Below are positions 1-12,400 of a stretch of 64,000 nt of DNA, piece after piece; position 1 is the first letter of the stretch, and every line of letters starts with the position of its first letter. The stretch is from contig OZ038378.1 in NCBI GenBank assembly GCA_964036045.1, forward strand, positions 176,824,001 through 176,888,000, given 5' to 3'. Below the pieces are notes generated by a model. The model searched no databases, had not been told where the DNA came from, and saw only the letters and a program-made list of their open reading frames with translations. A program made the translations under genes and the position numbers. Source of the DNA: Eutreptiella sp. 'Long Island Sound 2002'. Lineage: Eukaryota > Protista > Euglenida.

Positions 1-2859
1 CAAGGAAATGGCAACAGGAGACCGTGAAGGGTGTTGCCTGCCGCATGAATTTCATGCGATGAAGTGAACGGTTTGCGTGCAATGGGCAGCACAGCTGCCA
101 CGCACACGGAGCCACCTGGCTCATGCGTACTTTTTGTCCTTCACAGCCCTTGCAGTCCTGCACTGCCCTGCACCTGAGATACCACACAGGACCACAGCCA
201 CACCAAGGAAAGTGAGACCTGTCCAGGCAACTGTGTCCACACCAACAACATCAGAAACTGTGTTTGCTGTGTACTGGGCCCGTTCCGACAGGGGGGGAGA
301 GCCTCCCCCCCTCCCCCCCTCCCCCCTGCGCCCCCCCTGCTCAAGCAAGTCCGTGCCCCGCTGCCCCATCCTTGTGCCGGCTACCCCCATTCCCCCGCTG
401 CCACCCCATCGTCGCAAAACAGGGGTTTGTGCCGTGAATGATGCAGATAACAGGAATGGTGTCACCGTCTGCGCACGGATATTCTTATGCACGCACATGT
501 GGTTGTCACATGCCCCTGTGTGCTCCTTGTTCATGCGGCTTGTCTAGTTGGGGACGCTTTGACCTGGAATGGCGGCGTTCTTTGTAGCATTCAGCAACTG
601 TCATTTAAGAAATATTTTGCGCTCCTGTGAAAATGCTTGCCTTTGCTGAATTTTAGTCTCCTCAAAAAGTGATCAAGAGTGTTTTCTGGACTCAGCAAGG
701 GTGGAAAATTATTCACCCTTGCGAAATCATCTCCCCTACGATGCCCTCAGTGTCTGCGATTAGCAGACCGCTGTACTTCTAGCAAGCAGTGTCTACAGAC
801 TGCAGCCCGCCATCCGCATGTCTCTCTGGGACATCCGGTAGGTGCCAACACGGAGCAAATTGGCACTTTTTCAGGGTTTTCTCAATTTTTCGTGCAATGC
901 ACCAAAATTTCGTTCCGTAGGGGGGGGTATGTGTACACTTTTTGAAATCTGTGAGAAAAGGCCGTTTCAGACATGTTTGGGTAAAGGGGGCATAGGTAAC
1001 CATATTTTTGAGTACCGAGGCCGAACTTTTCGGCGTTTCAGGGTTTTCTGGCCTCAGGCTGCTCCGCACACGCGTGCGGGACACCAACTCATAGGTGTTC
1101 CACTGGGTGCTCCGACATATTGTGGAGTTGTGGAGGAAAGTGAAAGGAGATAAGTAGATGCGTTTTGATGTGCTGAATCCAAATATTGTGGTCTCATGTC
1201 CCAACTTGACAGGCTGTTTGAGAAATTCTGCCATCTTTGATTTCTTGCACTCTGGTGAGCTTGATGCTGCAAGTTGCACCAGGCATCACCCGGGTGTCCA
1301 AGGTAATTATTGGTCAAAGTCTTCAACATATTGGGGTCTTGAGGGGACCCATGTTGCACATGTCTTCTACACATCAAATGCAACAAATCCACCCGAATGA
1401 CCTGACCCTCATATGCCCATATGTTGGAGTAATGGGGGTAGGAGTGCGGTGCAGTCTGTCTGAAACCGGATGAGAACAGGCAAAAAAAACCCAACCTGTC
1501 AACGGTAACGGCCAATTTTCGAAAGAATGTGGTTCCGGACCCCCCCCCCCCCTAACCCATGCATCTCCGAAAAGCCCTCTTCAAGGGCTTTCCGAATATA
1601 CCCCACATACCCCTACCTACGGGACACTCAGTGAGCACAAATCAGGCAACAATGGCACCGACCCCTGAAAACGCTCCGTGTTGGCACCTTCCCCACCGTC
1701 CCAGAGAGATGTGCAAGGGCAAACATTTCTATTGGGCCCTTTTTGCGAAGGGGGCTTTGGCCCCCCTTCCTCGATGCTGTCTCTTCGCATCTGCAAACTG
1801 TGTGTACAATGAGGAGACCGTGTCTCGTAGCAGACAGTGTTATCTATTGCAGACCACCAGTCCCGTGTGCCTAGGTAAGCATGGTTTTCGGACCCCCTTT
1901 GAAAAATACTTTTGCACAAGAATTTGTTCAATCACTTTTGCTGAATTTTCCGCACCGCAACTGAATTGCTCACCCACTTTCACTGATCAGTGCATCTTTG
2001 GCCTTTGCTTCTTCGCGTTTTTTTGCCGCTGGGTGCATTGCCCCCTGCTTGCATGCTTGCGCACGTGCACATGCATGCATGTACACTTCTACAAATCCAT
2101 ATGATTGCCACACGCATGCATGTGTGCTTCTGTACACACTGTAACATGCATGCTGTAACACACGTACATGTAGGCTTTTTTTCACCTGCATGCGTGGTTG
2201 TTTGCGCACATGTACACTTCTTTCCGCATACATGTTGTCATTCTGTTTTTCACCGCACAGAGCCTGGCATATTCAACACAGAGGCCTGTGGGAAAGTCAG
2301 ACCACCAATTCCTCAGTATCCATGATGGTATATATCCACGGCCCACTGGGGCACCACTGTGTAGCTTGCCTGCACAGTGCACCAGGGGCGAATGTGCATG
2401 TGTTACTGGGCGAGGGTCTGCTCAGTGGACCAGAGAGCTTGTGGGTGAGCGGTGTGCTTGCCTTTCCCCGGAAAGTGGACGCCATTATTAGCCGAGAATC
2501 TGGGAAAGGTGGAGCCAGAGAAGTTCTTTCACCTGGTTGAGAGCTAGTTCTTGGGACCTTCACGGGTAGAGAGGGCGACTCATTGGCAGGGGTTCGTCAC
2601 CCGGGCCATATACAATGACTGCCTAGGAACATGCAATGCCATCCAGCTTGGGATCGTGCGGGGCTTCTCCAGCAGGCACCAAGACCCCAAATGCTGTAAC
2701 AGCAGTTGGTCGCAGGTTATCGACCGAGCCGGTTGCATGTGGTGGACAGCATTCGGCAGGTAACCGACAGCCTGGGGTTTACGAAGTCCCGATGCATGCA
2801 TCACATGCCTCTGCTCCGCCTCTCCCTGTGCTACAATCCCTCTGTTCCCGACCCCGTAG

Positions 2860-3214
2860 GGCATCAACGTGTGCGGCTGGTGCAACCTCCTGCCCGCCAA
2901 CTACATCCCCGAAGTGACGCTGGAGCAGTGGTTCATGGACCTGGACCACGCTCTTCACCTGCCTGATGACGACCCCCACATGATCATGCGTGAGGCTCGC
3001 TGGTTTGTGGTATACAAAGTGGCAGAGGGGTACCGCGACGCCCCACCGCACATTCTGGCGCTGCATCTGTACACCTGCGAGTCAGACCTGTACCGCAACT
3101 GCAACCGTGCGCTTCGAGAGGGAGAGGACCTGGGGGTCTGGCGCGTGTTCTTGTACTACTTGTGCCAGGCCCTTGACAGCCTGGAGCCCGCACCGCCCAC
3201 GGTGCTGTATCGAG
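2860..3214 (+). CDS. Mono-ADP-ribosyltransferase (NAD:arginine ART-like) gene, internal exon; upstream exons not located
   Basis: Acceptor ccccgtAG ends at 2859. Reads GINVCGWC...ILALHLYTCESDLYRNCNRALRE...WRVFLYYLCQALDSLEPAPPTVLYR-G. The YT..LY...N..LR and LYRG motifs are typical of ART domains. Phase-1 donor GTGTGG at 3215. Confidence 0.8.
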
Positions 3215-5580
3215 GTGTGGCGCAGGGGCGGTGCGGACTGGCACAGTGGCTCGCGCTTCCTGGGAAATTTGGGTTACTTACCCCACGGTGCCATGCGCCG
3301 ACCCCCCCCCCCCCCATGCTGCACACTTGCACCCCCATACCAGGCACTTATCCTCCATCCCCCACCCCCTCCCGGCGCCACACAATTAGCCACCCGAGTC
3401 ATGTGGGCTGGCGCAGCCAAAGCCTGGTGGTGTTGCTAACACCAGGGACATGATGCAAAAGTGCGAGATATGGGGCGGGCCAGGGAGTGCGTGGCATAGG
3501 TGGCTAAGTGTCTGGCAGGGGGGGGGGGATCGCATGGGGCTGTACTTGCGCGGTATGAGGAGTGTAAGTGTGTGGCACTGAGAGTTAGGTCAAGTAACGT
3601 GGCGTGGCGTCGCTCCCTCACCCAGCTCACCCCGCCACACCCCCGAGCTGGGCCACAGGGTCTTTGCAGGCCGCCACATTACTGCAGAATAGTTTTGCTG
3701 CCATGTTGCTGCCTCCAGGGGCGTGCCTATGCAGAATGATGACGGCGACCAGCGCCATGCTGCCAAAGTTACAACAATGCTTTATCGCCTTACGCCTTGT
3801 TCTGGAGTGTCTAATCCTGCGCATTTATCAGTTGGCACTGTGGACTTGCCTTGAGCAATGCATCACTGTGTGTGTGTGTGTGTGCGTGCGTGTGTGTGTG
3901 TGTGTTGGTGGTGGGTCTGAGGCGTTTGATGACGGAAATTTGGTGTTTCTCAGCTCTATGCTCATATTATCCACCATTGTTGTCGGTGTGCTGCTGTTTG
4001 TGGATGGACACGTGTGGCTGGGTTGTTGCAATGGTCTCCATAAATGATTACCCAAAAGATGAGAACAGATTTTGATGGCAGTTGCAGTCGAGCGCCAATG
4101 AAGCTGTCTCCTGCGACGGACTGATATCAAACAGATACATCTGTGGATGATATGGCGACCTTTGTGTGAGTGATTGCTGTTTTGTTTGCACAAAGGGCTC
4201 GGGAGGGAGTTGCGTACAGGGCCAGACCTCCTCCCCGCCAGACCCCTCAGCTTATGCCAATGGGTATCAGCAGTTATCACTTGTTGCCCTGTGTCTTACA
4301 GTACATGCTGGGTGCCTTTGCTGTTTCACACAGAGGACCCACAATTCCCAGACACATGGGGGACCCACAATTCCCCAACAAGGGGCAGACCCACGATCTC
4401 AACAGATGAGGGTTCCAAAAAAAAACCGGTTTTGGGGGCATTTTTCGTACTTTGTTGCTCAGCATTTCGAAGAGACACAAGTGGGGTAATGTCCCGCTTC
4501 CCATTCAATATGGGTGAAAACGAAATGGGGCATTCTGGCAACCACACAAATGAAATGTTGGCATCTTGTGTCCCATGTGTTTGGAGATTGTGGGTCCCCC
4601 ATGTTTTGGGATTGTGGGTCCCCTGTGTGTTGGGATTGTGGGTTGTGGTTTGGGAATGTGGGTCTCCCCTCTCCCCTCTCCTGGTGTACCCCCACTCAAC
4701 TCTTCTTGTCTGCAAGTCAGCCCTCACCCTCCTCTTCCCTCTGGGCAAATTTCATCTGCCCTCCCAGTCCTCTCTGTATTTTTCAGGCTCTTCTTTGGGC
4801 ACTGCCTCCCTTTGTGCCCCCCCAAAGTCTCCCATGTTACCTAGATTCCATAGCCGTGACCCCAACCAGGGAGGTAGGGATTGGAACAATGGGACACGAA
4901 CCAGGCCGATGGCCAAAAGATGCACTGAGAGCTGAGTATGCGATGAAAGCTGTGGGGCAGGCTCGGCTGGAGGGACAGTGGCGGTTCCACACCTGACCAA
5001 TTGCGGCCAAAGTCTCCCATGTTTTGTTGGGATTGTGGGCCCCCCATGTATTGTTGGGAGATGACCTTTGTACCACAGCTACTCTACCAGGATGCTAAGA
5101 TGGTGGCCTATTTCAACGATTTATGCCGAAGTATGAAAACTGAAGATGACCACCTATTTTCATTGGGGAGTTCTTCTTGTTCTTTTTTTTTTTTCTGGAC
5201 GCCAAGAACAACACCTACAACCCGAGAATTGCAAGTTGATGTTGGATATGGATGGTGGTCATTTGGTAAGTCTAAAGTGCACCCTTTGTGGTATAGATCT
5301 TAGTATCCCCCTAAGCATGGCACCCTACCAATGGACTACCTAGTATGCGAAGCTTTACTGGACATATCCGCAACCTCGCTACACTACCTCAATGGACCCA
5401 ACAAAGAAATTTGTGCCTTCGACATGGTATCTTGAACAGAGTGTCATTTTAAGGAGTTGAAGGAGAAGATCACTCAAATTGGAGATTTTTGGCATCCTGA
5501 GGCTGAAAGGAGGAATTTGCATTAATGATAGATTTTTGTGATGTAGGTGGAGGACAAACGTTTATGAATTGCAATCACTA

Positions 5581-6045
5581 TCTCTAGACTAGTGTAGAGG
5601 GCACGCAATGATTCCTAGGGGGCTATACACCCCCCTAGCAATCATCACGTGCCCTCTACACCAGTATAGGGCCTACGCGATGCCCTCTAGTTTAGAGGGC
5701 ACGTGATGATTCCTAGGGTGGTCTACACCCCCCTAGGCATCATCGCGTGCGCTCTACACGCGATGCCCTCTAGTCTAGAGGGCACGCGATGGTGCCTAGG
5801 GGGGTCTACACCCCCCTGGGAATCATCGCGTGTCCTCTAGACTAGTGTAGAGGGCACGCGATGATTCCTGGGGGGGTGTAGACCCCCCTAGCAATCATCG
5901 CGTGTCCTCTACACTCGTATCGGGCTGACGCGATGCCCTCTAGTTTAGACGGCACGCGATGATTCCTAGGGGGGTGTACACCCCCCTAGGCATCATTGCG
6001 TGCCCTCTACACGCGATGCCGTCTAGTCTAGAGGGCACGCGATGG
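5581..6045. repeat. Array of five ~64-bp palindromic units with palindromic linkers
   Basis: Unit TAGAGGGCACGCGATGATTCCTAGGGGGG-TGTACA-CCCCCCTAGG(A/C)ATCATCGCGTGCCCTCTA is a self-complementary hairpin. Copies near 5595, 5693, 5776, 5848 and 5945, plus a partial copy near 6029. Confidence 0.9.
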
Positions 6046-6048
6046 TTC

Positions 6049-7612
6049 TTATGGGGGCCTTTGGGGACCTATGGTGACCTATGGGGACCTATGGGGACCT
6101 TTGGGGACCTATGGGGGCCTATGGGGACCTTTGGGAACCTATGGGGACCTTTGGGGGGCTATGGGGACCTTTGGGCACATATGGGGGCCTATGGGGGCCT
6201 ATGGGGGCCTATTGGCACCTATGGGGACCTATGGGGGCCTATGGGGATTTGTGGGGGGGACTTGTGGGGACGCATGGGGACCTTTTGGCTCTTTGGGGAC
6301 CTATGGGGACCTATGGGGGCGTATTGGCACCTATGGGGGCCTATGGGGACCTTTGGGGACCTATGGGGACCTTTGGGGACCTATGGGGGTGTATGGGGGC
6401 TTACGGGGGCCTATGGGGACCTTTGGGGACCCATGGGGGCCTAGGGGCACCTATAGGGACCTATGGGGACCTTTGGGGACCTATGGGGGTGTATGGGGGC
6501 TTACGGGGGCCTCCTATGGGGGTGTATGGGGGCTTATGGGGACCTTTGGGGACCTATGGGGACCCATGGGGGCCTAGGGGCACCTATAGGGACCTATGGG
6601 GACCTATTGGGACCTATGGGACCCTATGGCGACCTATGGGGATCCATGGGGGCCTGTGGGGACCTTTGGGGCCTATGGGGACCTATGGGGGCCTATGGGG
6701 ACCTATGGGGACCTGTGGGGACCTATGGGCACCTATGGGGACCTATGGGGTCCTTTGGGGACCTCTGGGAACCTCTGAGACCGATGGGGGCTTGTGGGGG
6801 CCTATGGGGGCCTGTGGTGACCCATGGGGGCCTATGGGGACTCATTGGCATCTATGGGGATCTTTGGGGACCCACTGGCACCTATGGGGACCTTTGGGGG
6901 CCTGTGGGCACCTATGGGGGCCTATGAGGACCTATGGGGACCTATCGGGGCCTATGGGGGCCTATGGGGACCTATGGGGACCTATGGGGACCTGTGGGGA
7001 CCTATCGGGGCCTATGGACACCTATGGGGGCCTATGGGGACCTATGGGGACCTATCGGGGCCTATGGGGACCTATGGGGACCTATGGGGACCTATCGGGA
7101 CCTATGGGGACCTATCGGGACCTATCGGGGCCTATGGGGGCCTATGGGGACCTATGGGGACCTATCGGGGCCTATGGGGGCCTATGGGGACCTATGGGGA
7201 CCTATCGGGACCTATGGGGACCTATCGGGACCTATCGGGGCCTATGGGGGCCTATGGGGACGTACGGGGGCTTGTGGGGACCTATGGGGGCCCATGGGGA
7301 CCTATTGGGACCCGTGGGGGCCTATGGGGACCTATTGGCACCCATGGGCACCTATGGGGACCTATGGGAACCTATGGGCGCCTATGGGGGCCTGTGGGGA
7401 CCTATGGGGGCCTATGGGGACTCATTGGCATCTATGGGGACCTTTGGGGACCCATTGGCACCTATGGGGACCTTTGGGGGCCTATGGGGACCTATGGGGG
7501 CCCATGGGGACCTATGAGGACCTATGGGGGCCTATGGGGACCTTTGGGGACCCATTGGCACCTATGGGGACCTATGGGGACCTATCGGGGCCAATGGGGA
7601 CCTATGGGGTGG
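6049..7612 (+). repeat. 10-bp G-rich minisatellite (CTATGGGG(A/G)C)n, about 150 units
   Basis: Tandem ctatggggac/ctatgggggc/ctatcgggac variants. These explain the long repetitive WGPMGTYGDL ORFs in all three + frames. Confidence 0.95.
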
Positions 7613-9003
7613 GGGTCATCAACTTTTTGCACACCCATTTTGACACCAACCCCCCCCCCTTTCCTCCAAGCATCAGATCTATATCAAACATATCACACAT
7701 CTTGTTGTATACACTGCAAAAACAACATGTCATATCAGACATCAGACATCAGACTTTATACACAATCCTGGGGAGTGGCACACTTTTTGGTGTCTGTGCT
7801 TGTGTGCTGTCGTTTTTTGCTAAATCTTACATCACGTTCTGATCTATGGTTTAGCTCTGTTCTGGCATGCGTGTGTGCGTGCGGTGTGCATGTGTGTTTG
7901 TCTTGGTGCAGTACAATTTTTGCATTTGAGCCTGCAGCCCGCCCGTCCCACCCTTTACGCTATGAGCGCTTTCTATCGCCCTTTCCGGGCTCTTGTGACA
8001 ATCCCCACGGGGGAGCGACACACTGTCGAGTTGTTTGCCTGCTTTTTCGTGTCTGTGCTTGTGTGCTTTCGTTTTTTGCTAAAGTGGACCCACGAATGCC
8101 ATGTTCATGCAGACAACAAAGCGCCCTTGCACAACTTCCTAACGAGGTTTTATGTACATATTAAGCAATCTAGGGAGCAAATGCAGTGTTGCGACATTTG
8201 TTGCGAATTGTCGGAATTGTGAATTGGCACTGACCGAGTCAATAGGGGAACAAACAACTCGCCCAGATCCCGTAGTGGCAGCCAAATAGCTGTTGCCAGT
8301 GCAGCTTTGTGAAGATTTTCCCGAATTGATCGCCATTGGGGAGCTTGCACTCTATGGATTGTTCAAAAATGATGTCATCTACGTCTCTGAAGTCCCATAC
8401 TGTAGCTGGGAAGCAATCTCCCTCAAACAATCATGATCAGAATCGTTCAGCCTGCAAAGTACTTTGACAGAGAGTTGGAAGATGACGCCCATGTGGTCTG
8501 CAAAGTATTGCCCTCCAACTCTTGCTCCGGTGGCAGGGGTTTGATCGGAACCACACTGCATTCAGCGAGTTTTTTGTGACTTTGGGCAAAGTTCGCAACA
8601 TACAAATTTTAACTTTGGGCCTGGGTTCAAGTTTGAGCAAATTCATGCAAATTTGAACCTGCATCCCTACTGTGGGCTGACTCAGAGGAGGGAGGGGGCT
8701 TGGGACAGGGGTGGGAGGTGGGGGGGGGGCTTGGGCTGGGGACAGGTGTGGGGAGGGAGAGGGAGGGGTGCAAGGGGGAGTGGGGGGTGATCTGGCTCTG
8801 CCCTGTGTCACAATTGGTCCTATTGGTTTGCTATCCGCCTGGAATCGTCACCTTTTGCTTCTGCTGCTGTCCGGTCTACGTGCTCATTCTTTTGGTTTTG
8901 GTTATTTCATGTTTCACCCTCGCCCCTCTTTGACTGAGACGCGGAACAACATTATGGTCCGTTACTGAGGTCCTTGCCCTGCTTTATGCCCTCTGCTGCC
9001 CAG

Positions 9004-9401
9004 GCATTGCAGACACCCAATTGGACGTTTCCCTGTACATGCCTTTGGGGACCGTGCGGTGGCCGTCCTTCTCCAGCGCATCGCTCTCCAAACCCGTAGC
9101 GGAGGGCTTCATGCACAACGACGCTAACGGGACCCGGAAGGGCCTCCTTTTCATGCTGATCAGCCGCAGTGCCCGTGACATCAGCGCGTTCTCGCGATTC
9201 CCTGAAGAGCAGGAGCACATGTTCCAGCCTAACACTGAGTTCACTGTGAAGGAGCTGCACTGCTCGCGCTGGGGCGCGTCGGCCATGTTCCAGGAGCTGG
9301 CATCAAGGGGGCAATGGGTGCAGTTGCCACCGGAGGAGGCGGCCAAAAGGGACTGCCTGATCATTGTACTAGAGGAGTGTGACCCGGGTCTGTCCCGCTG
9401 A
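9004..9401 (+). CDS. Mono-ADP-ribosyltransferase gene, terminal exon
   Basis: Pyrimidine tract and CAG at 9001-9003, phase 1, matching the 3215 donor. Spliced sequence LYRGIADTQLDVSLYMPLGTVRWPSFSSASL...ISAFSRFPEEQEHMFQPNTEFTV gives the R / S-x-S / E-x-E triad. Stop TGA at 9399-9401. Confidence 0.85.
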
Positions 9402-12400
9402 CCACCAACAGGCACATGGGGTCGCTGTGGCTGCAGCTTCCCACAGGGCAAAGAATGGGGCGTTCCCTTTTCTTTTGTAATTCTGTCTCCAGGCGAAAAT
9501 GAGAACTCTGAGGCAGTATTTCGGTTGTCAACGCTTAGCGCGCCACTGGGCTCTGCGGATGAGCTCGGGACTTTGGGGTCGGATGTGTCTCATGCTCAAG
9601 ATCTTTCGGGGCTGTATTAAGTTACAAAAGGCCAGACCTCAGCACAGCACCGGCCACCCAGTGCCTGCGGTCCGTCAGCTGCCTCGTGGGGTCCCTAAGG
9701 CCGGGGCAGTGCGCTGCTGCGGGCGCAGACCCGTTGTTGCCGGGCCCAATGAAATGTCAGCCCTGCGCCATCAGAGCCCCGGCCCCAAAAGGCCCCTTAC
9801 GCCCGACCAACATCACAAGGGCACTTGTTGTACTGCAGGGCCCCATGCGCTTTCAGACGGGCCCTCGGATATCAAGGCGACATTACGCAGGTAGAGGGCG
9901 TGCGCAGGGGGGACCGCGGGGCGGATGCCCCTCACTGCCCCAGGGCACTCACCACCGCTACATCCCCTTTGAAATGGCCGTCTGTCGTCCTTCCGCCGCG
10001 GGTCAGTCACCCCCTCGTTGCGTCTGCCTGGGCTGCTCTGCCTTAAGATAAAGATGTGAACGGCAGGACTCGGATCCCCCTCCTCTCGATGCGATATGCA
10101 CCCGGGCGCAGGCATGGGGTGTCCCCCTCCCCCTCCCTGAGCCCCCCCCCCCCCCCCCCCGCCTGCCCACCCCTTTCCACGCCCCTGACCGGTCCCCTTT
10201 GCCCCTCCATCTTTCCGCACTCGGACCCTTTCGCACTGGGACCTTGCACAATACCTCTGCCCCTTCCGCCTGCCCTCTATCTTTGTGCCGTGGCAGTGGC
10301 TGGTGACCATCGCCCTGACCCCCACGTCCCCGGGCCCTTTGTAGGCCTCTGCGCCGCAGCCCTGCAGGCCACGCCTGACACAGACACTGTTGTACAGCCC
10401 CATCCCCTGTGCAGACCCACGCGCGTGTCCCTGTCCCTGTCCATCTGCGTTGCAAAGGGAACGTGCGATCGGATGCTCCAACTCCGTCCCACGCCGCCCC
10501 CCCCCTCCACAGGGATCAGTCGGTGTTGCTTCCACAGAGCCACGGATTTGGTGCAGAGCTCCACTTGTGTTGTGCGTTCCCTACAGGCCTCGCAAAGGGA
10601 GGGGGTTCGATGGTGGCGGTATGTGTTGAGGCACGATGCCCCCCTAAGCCTCCTCTTGTCACTCGCCCCGAAGTCCCGCAGTCCCCTGCTGCCCCAAAGG
10701 CCGGTCTGACCGGCCTGTGCCAGGACTTCCTCAGACCACCCTCCAGGATCTCGACCAAGAGCTTTGCCCCTCTGGGGCCGGAGGTGGGCCACATGTGTGA
10801 CCCCATTTGAGTGCGCTGTTCTCCTGCACCGATCCATCGAGCATCACCGGAGGTCCCCGGTCGAGGCGAGGGCCACCGGCTTTTGTCCCACCGACGTCCC
10901 CTGCCTCTTCAATCGGGACAGAGGCCGGATTTCCCGGGGCCGTTCCAAGGTGGTCTCTACAGCCAATGGCCAGGCCACACACAGGGCATCACTGCTGAGA
11001 CAGTTCATGTGTCCGTAGCGTTCAGAACAACGAGGGGTCGGCAAGGGCACGAGCCTTTTTCTTCTTTCTTTGAAGGCCCATTACAGCGCACAGGGTTTGC
11101 CGTAGAGTTGAGGAGCGGTTCCACTCTCCCGACTATCCGAGCATGGCAACCAGCAAAAGGGGGTGGGGACTCGTGCCCAATGAATGCCATGCTCCCTCCC
11201 TCAGGCGTCTTCCACACACCCTACCCTCAGATATCGCTGTCCACCCGCATTGTGGACACCGCATCCTCGTCAGATTTTGTGCCCATATCTCGCTGTGCTA
11301 CCCTGAGTACAGTACAGCGATGCGTTCTTTTGACGCAGCCTCCGAATATGTCCGAGGGCTCAGATCCCCAAAGTGTGCCCGGCCCTGACTAGTCTTCACC
11401 TCCGCCTCCACCTCCACCCCCGTCCTTGTCCCACAACTCATCCAAACCCTCCCCTAAGGCTTCGGCCTCCCCCATCCTGATTCCCGCGCCGTCCCATGCT
11501 GGCTGTACCCAAGCTGACACCCCGCCCAACCCCATCCCCATCCCCATCCCCATCCTATCCGTCCCAAACGAGCGCATCCCCCCCTCCCCCTTCCCCCCTG
11601 CTGTGCAGCAACAAGGTGCCCGTTATCCCCTGATCCTGCTTTCCAGCACCAAGTCTGCCAAGAAACCAAGGCTCAATAGGGCGGTATGTCAACGTGGCAC
11701 CACAGGGAGATTGCTTGGTGGAGCCTAGTGGAGCCTCAAAAGTGCACTTCACCCTGGTGCCCATTAACGGACAAGCCCCTTGGTGGTGCATGGCTTCTTA
11801 CATGGGGTCGCACCGAGATGGATGCCCTCCACATCTTGTGTGATTGGACAGCGCCCCCCCCCCCCCCCCCCCGGTCCAGGCGGCATTGAATGGTGGGTTC
11901 TGCTCCGGACCCCCTAGTTTGGCAGATTACCGTGGGTTAGCCCGGTCCCCTGCCAATAGCAATTGCTGGTCAAGCAACGGCAGGTGGCGATGGGCTGACA
12001 GTCGTTGATGGTGCGTGGCTGTCTTGACATTCAAACTCCCTGGAGTCCACCAGATTGTGCCCCTCCTTAAGGACCTGCTGTTGCTAACACAGCGCATGCA
12101 GGCGACCCAGAGCGTTGTATGTGGGGATCATGATGTCATTGCCCTTCTCTCATCCAACTCCCACTCCCCTGTCCCAGCACTGCGCCACCGAAGGCAGTGG
12201 ACCCTGCACTCTGGAAGCATTTGACAGATGCTTTGCGGCAAGAGCACTTATGACATGGGACTCATGACGATGAATTAAAGAGGTTGCAGTCTGTGCTGTC
12301 TGTCACGCCACGCACAAACCATGTACATACCCAAGCCACACCATAACACATTGTCTCCCTGCTGATGACTTGCCCCTGTACCCACAATCATGCCAGTCCA

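Noticed and set aside
5050-5560. Protein-like broken frames (…MDYLVCEALLDIS…FKELKEKITQIGDFWHPE)
   Set aside because: No motif I can assign; possibly an old TE relic.
6071-8164. Long Gly/Trp/Pro-rich ORFs (up to 478 aa)
   Set aside because: They are translations of the 10-bp minisatellite, open in all three frames, inside an intron.
9749-10709. Possible two-exon small gene (MKCQPCAIR... donor near 9891; acceptor near 10512)
   Set aside because: Splice sites are phase-compatible, but there is no recognisable domain and chance ORFs are frequent in GC-rich DNA.
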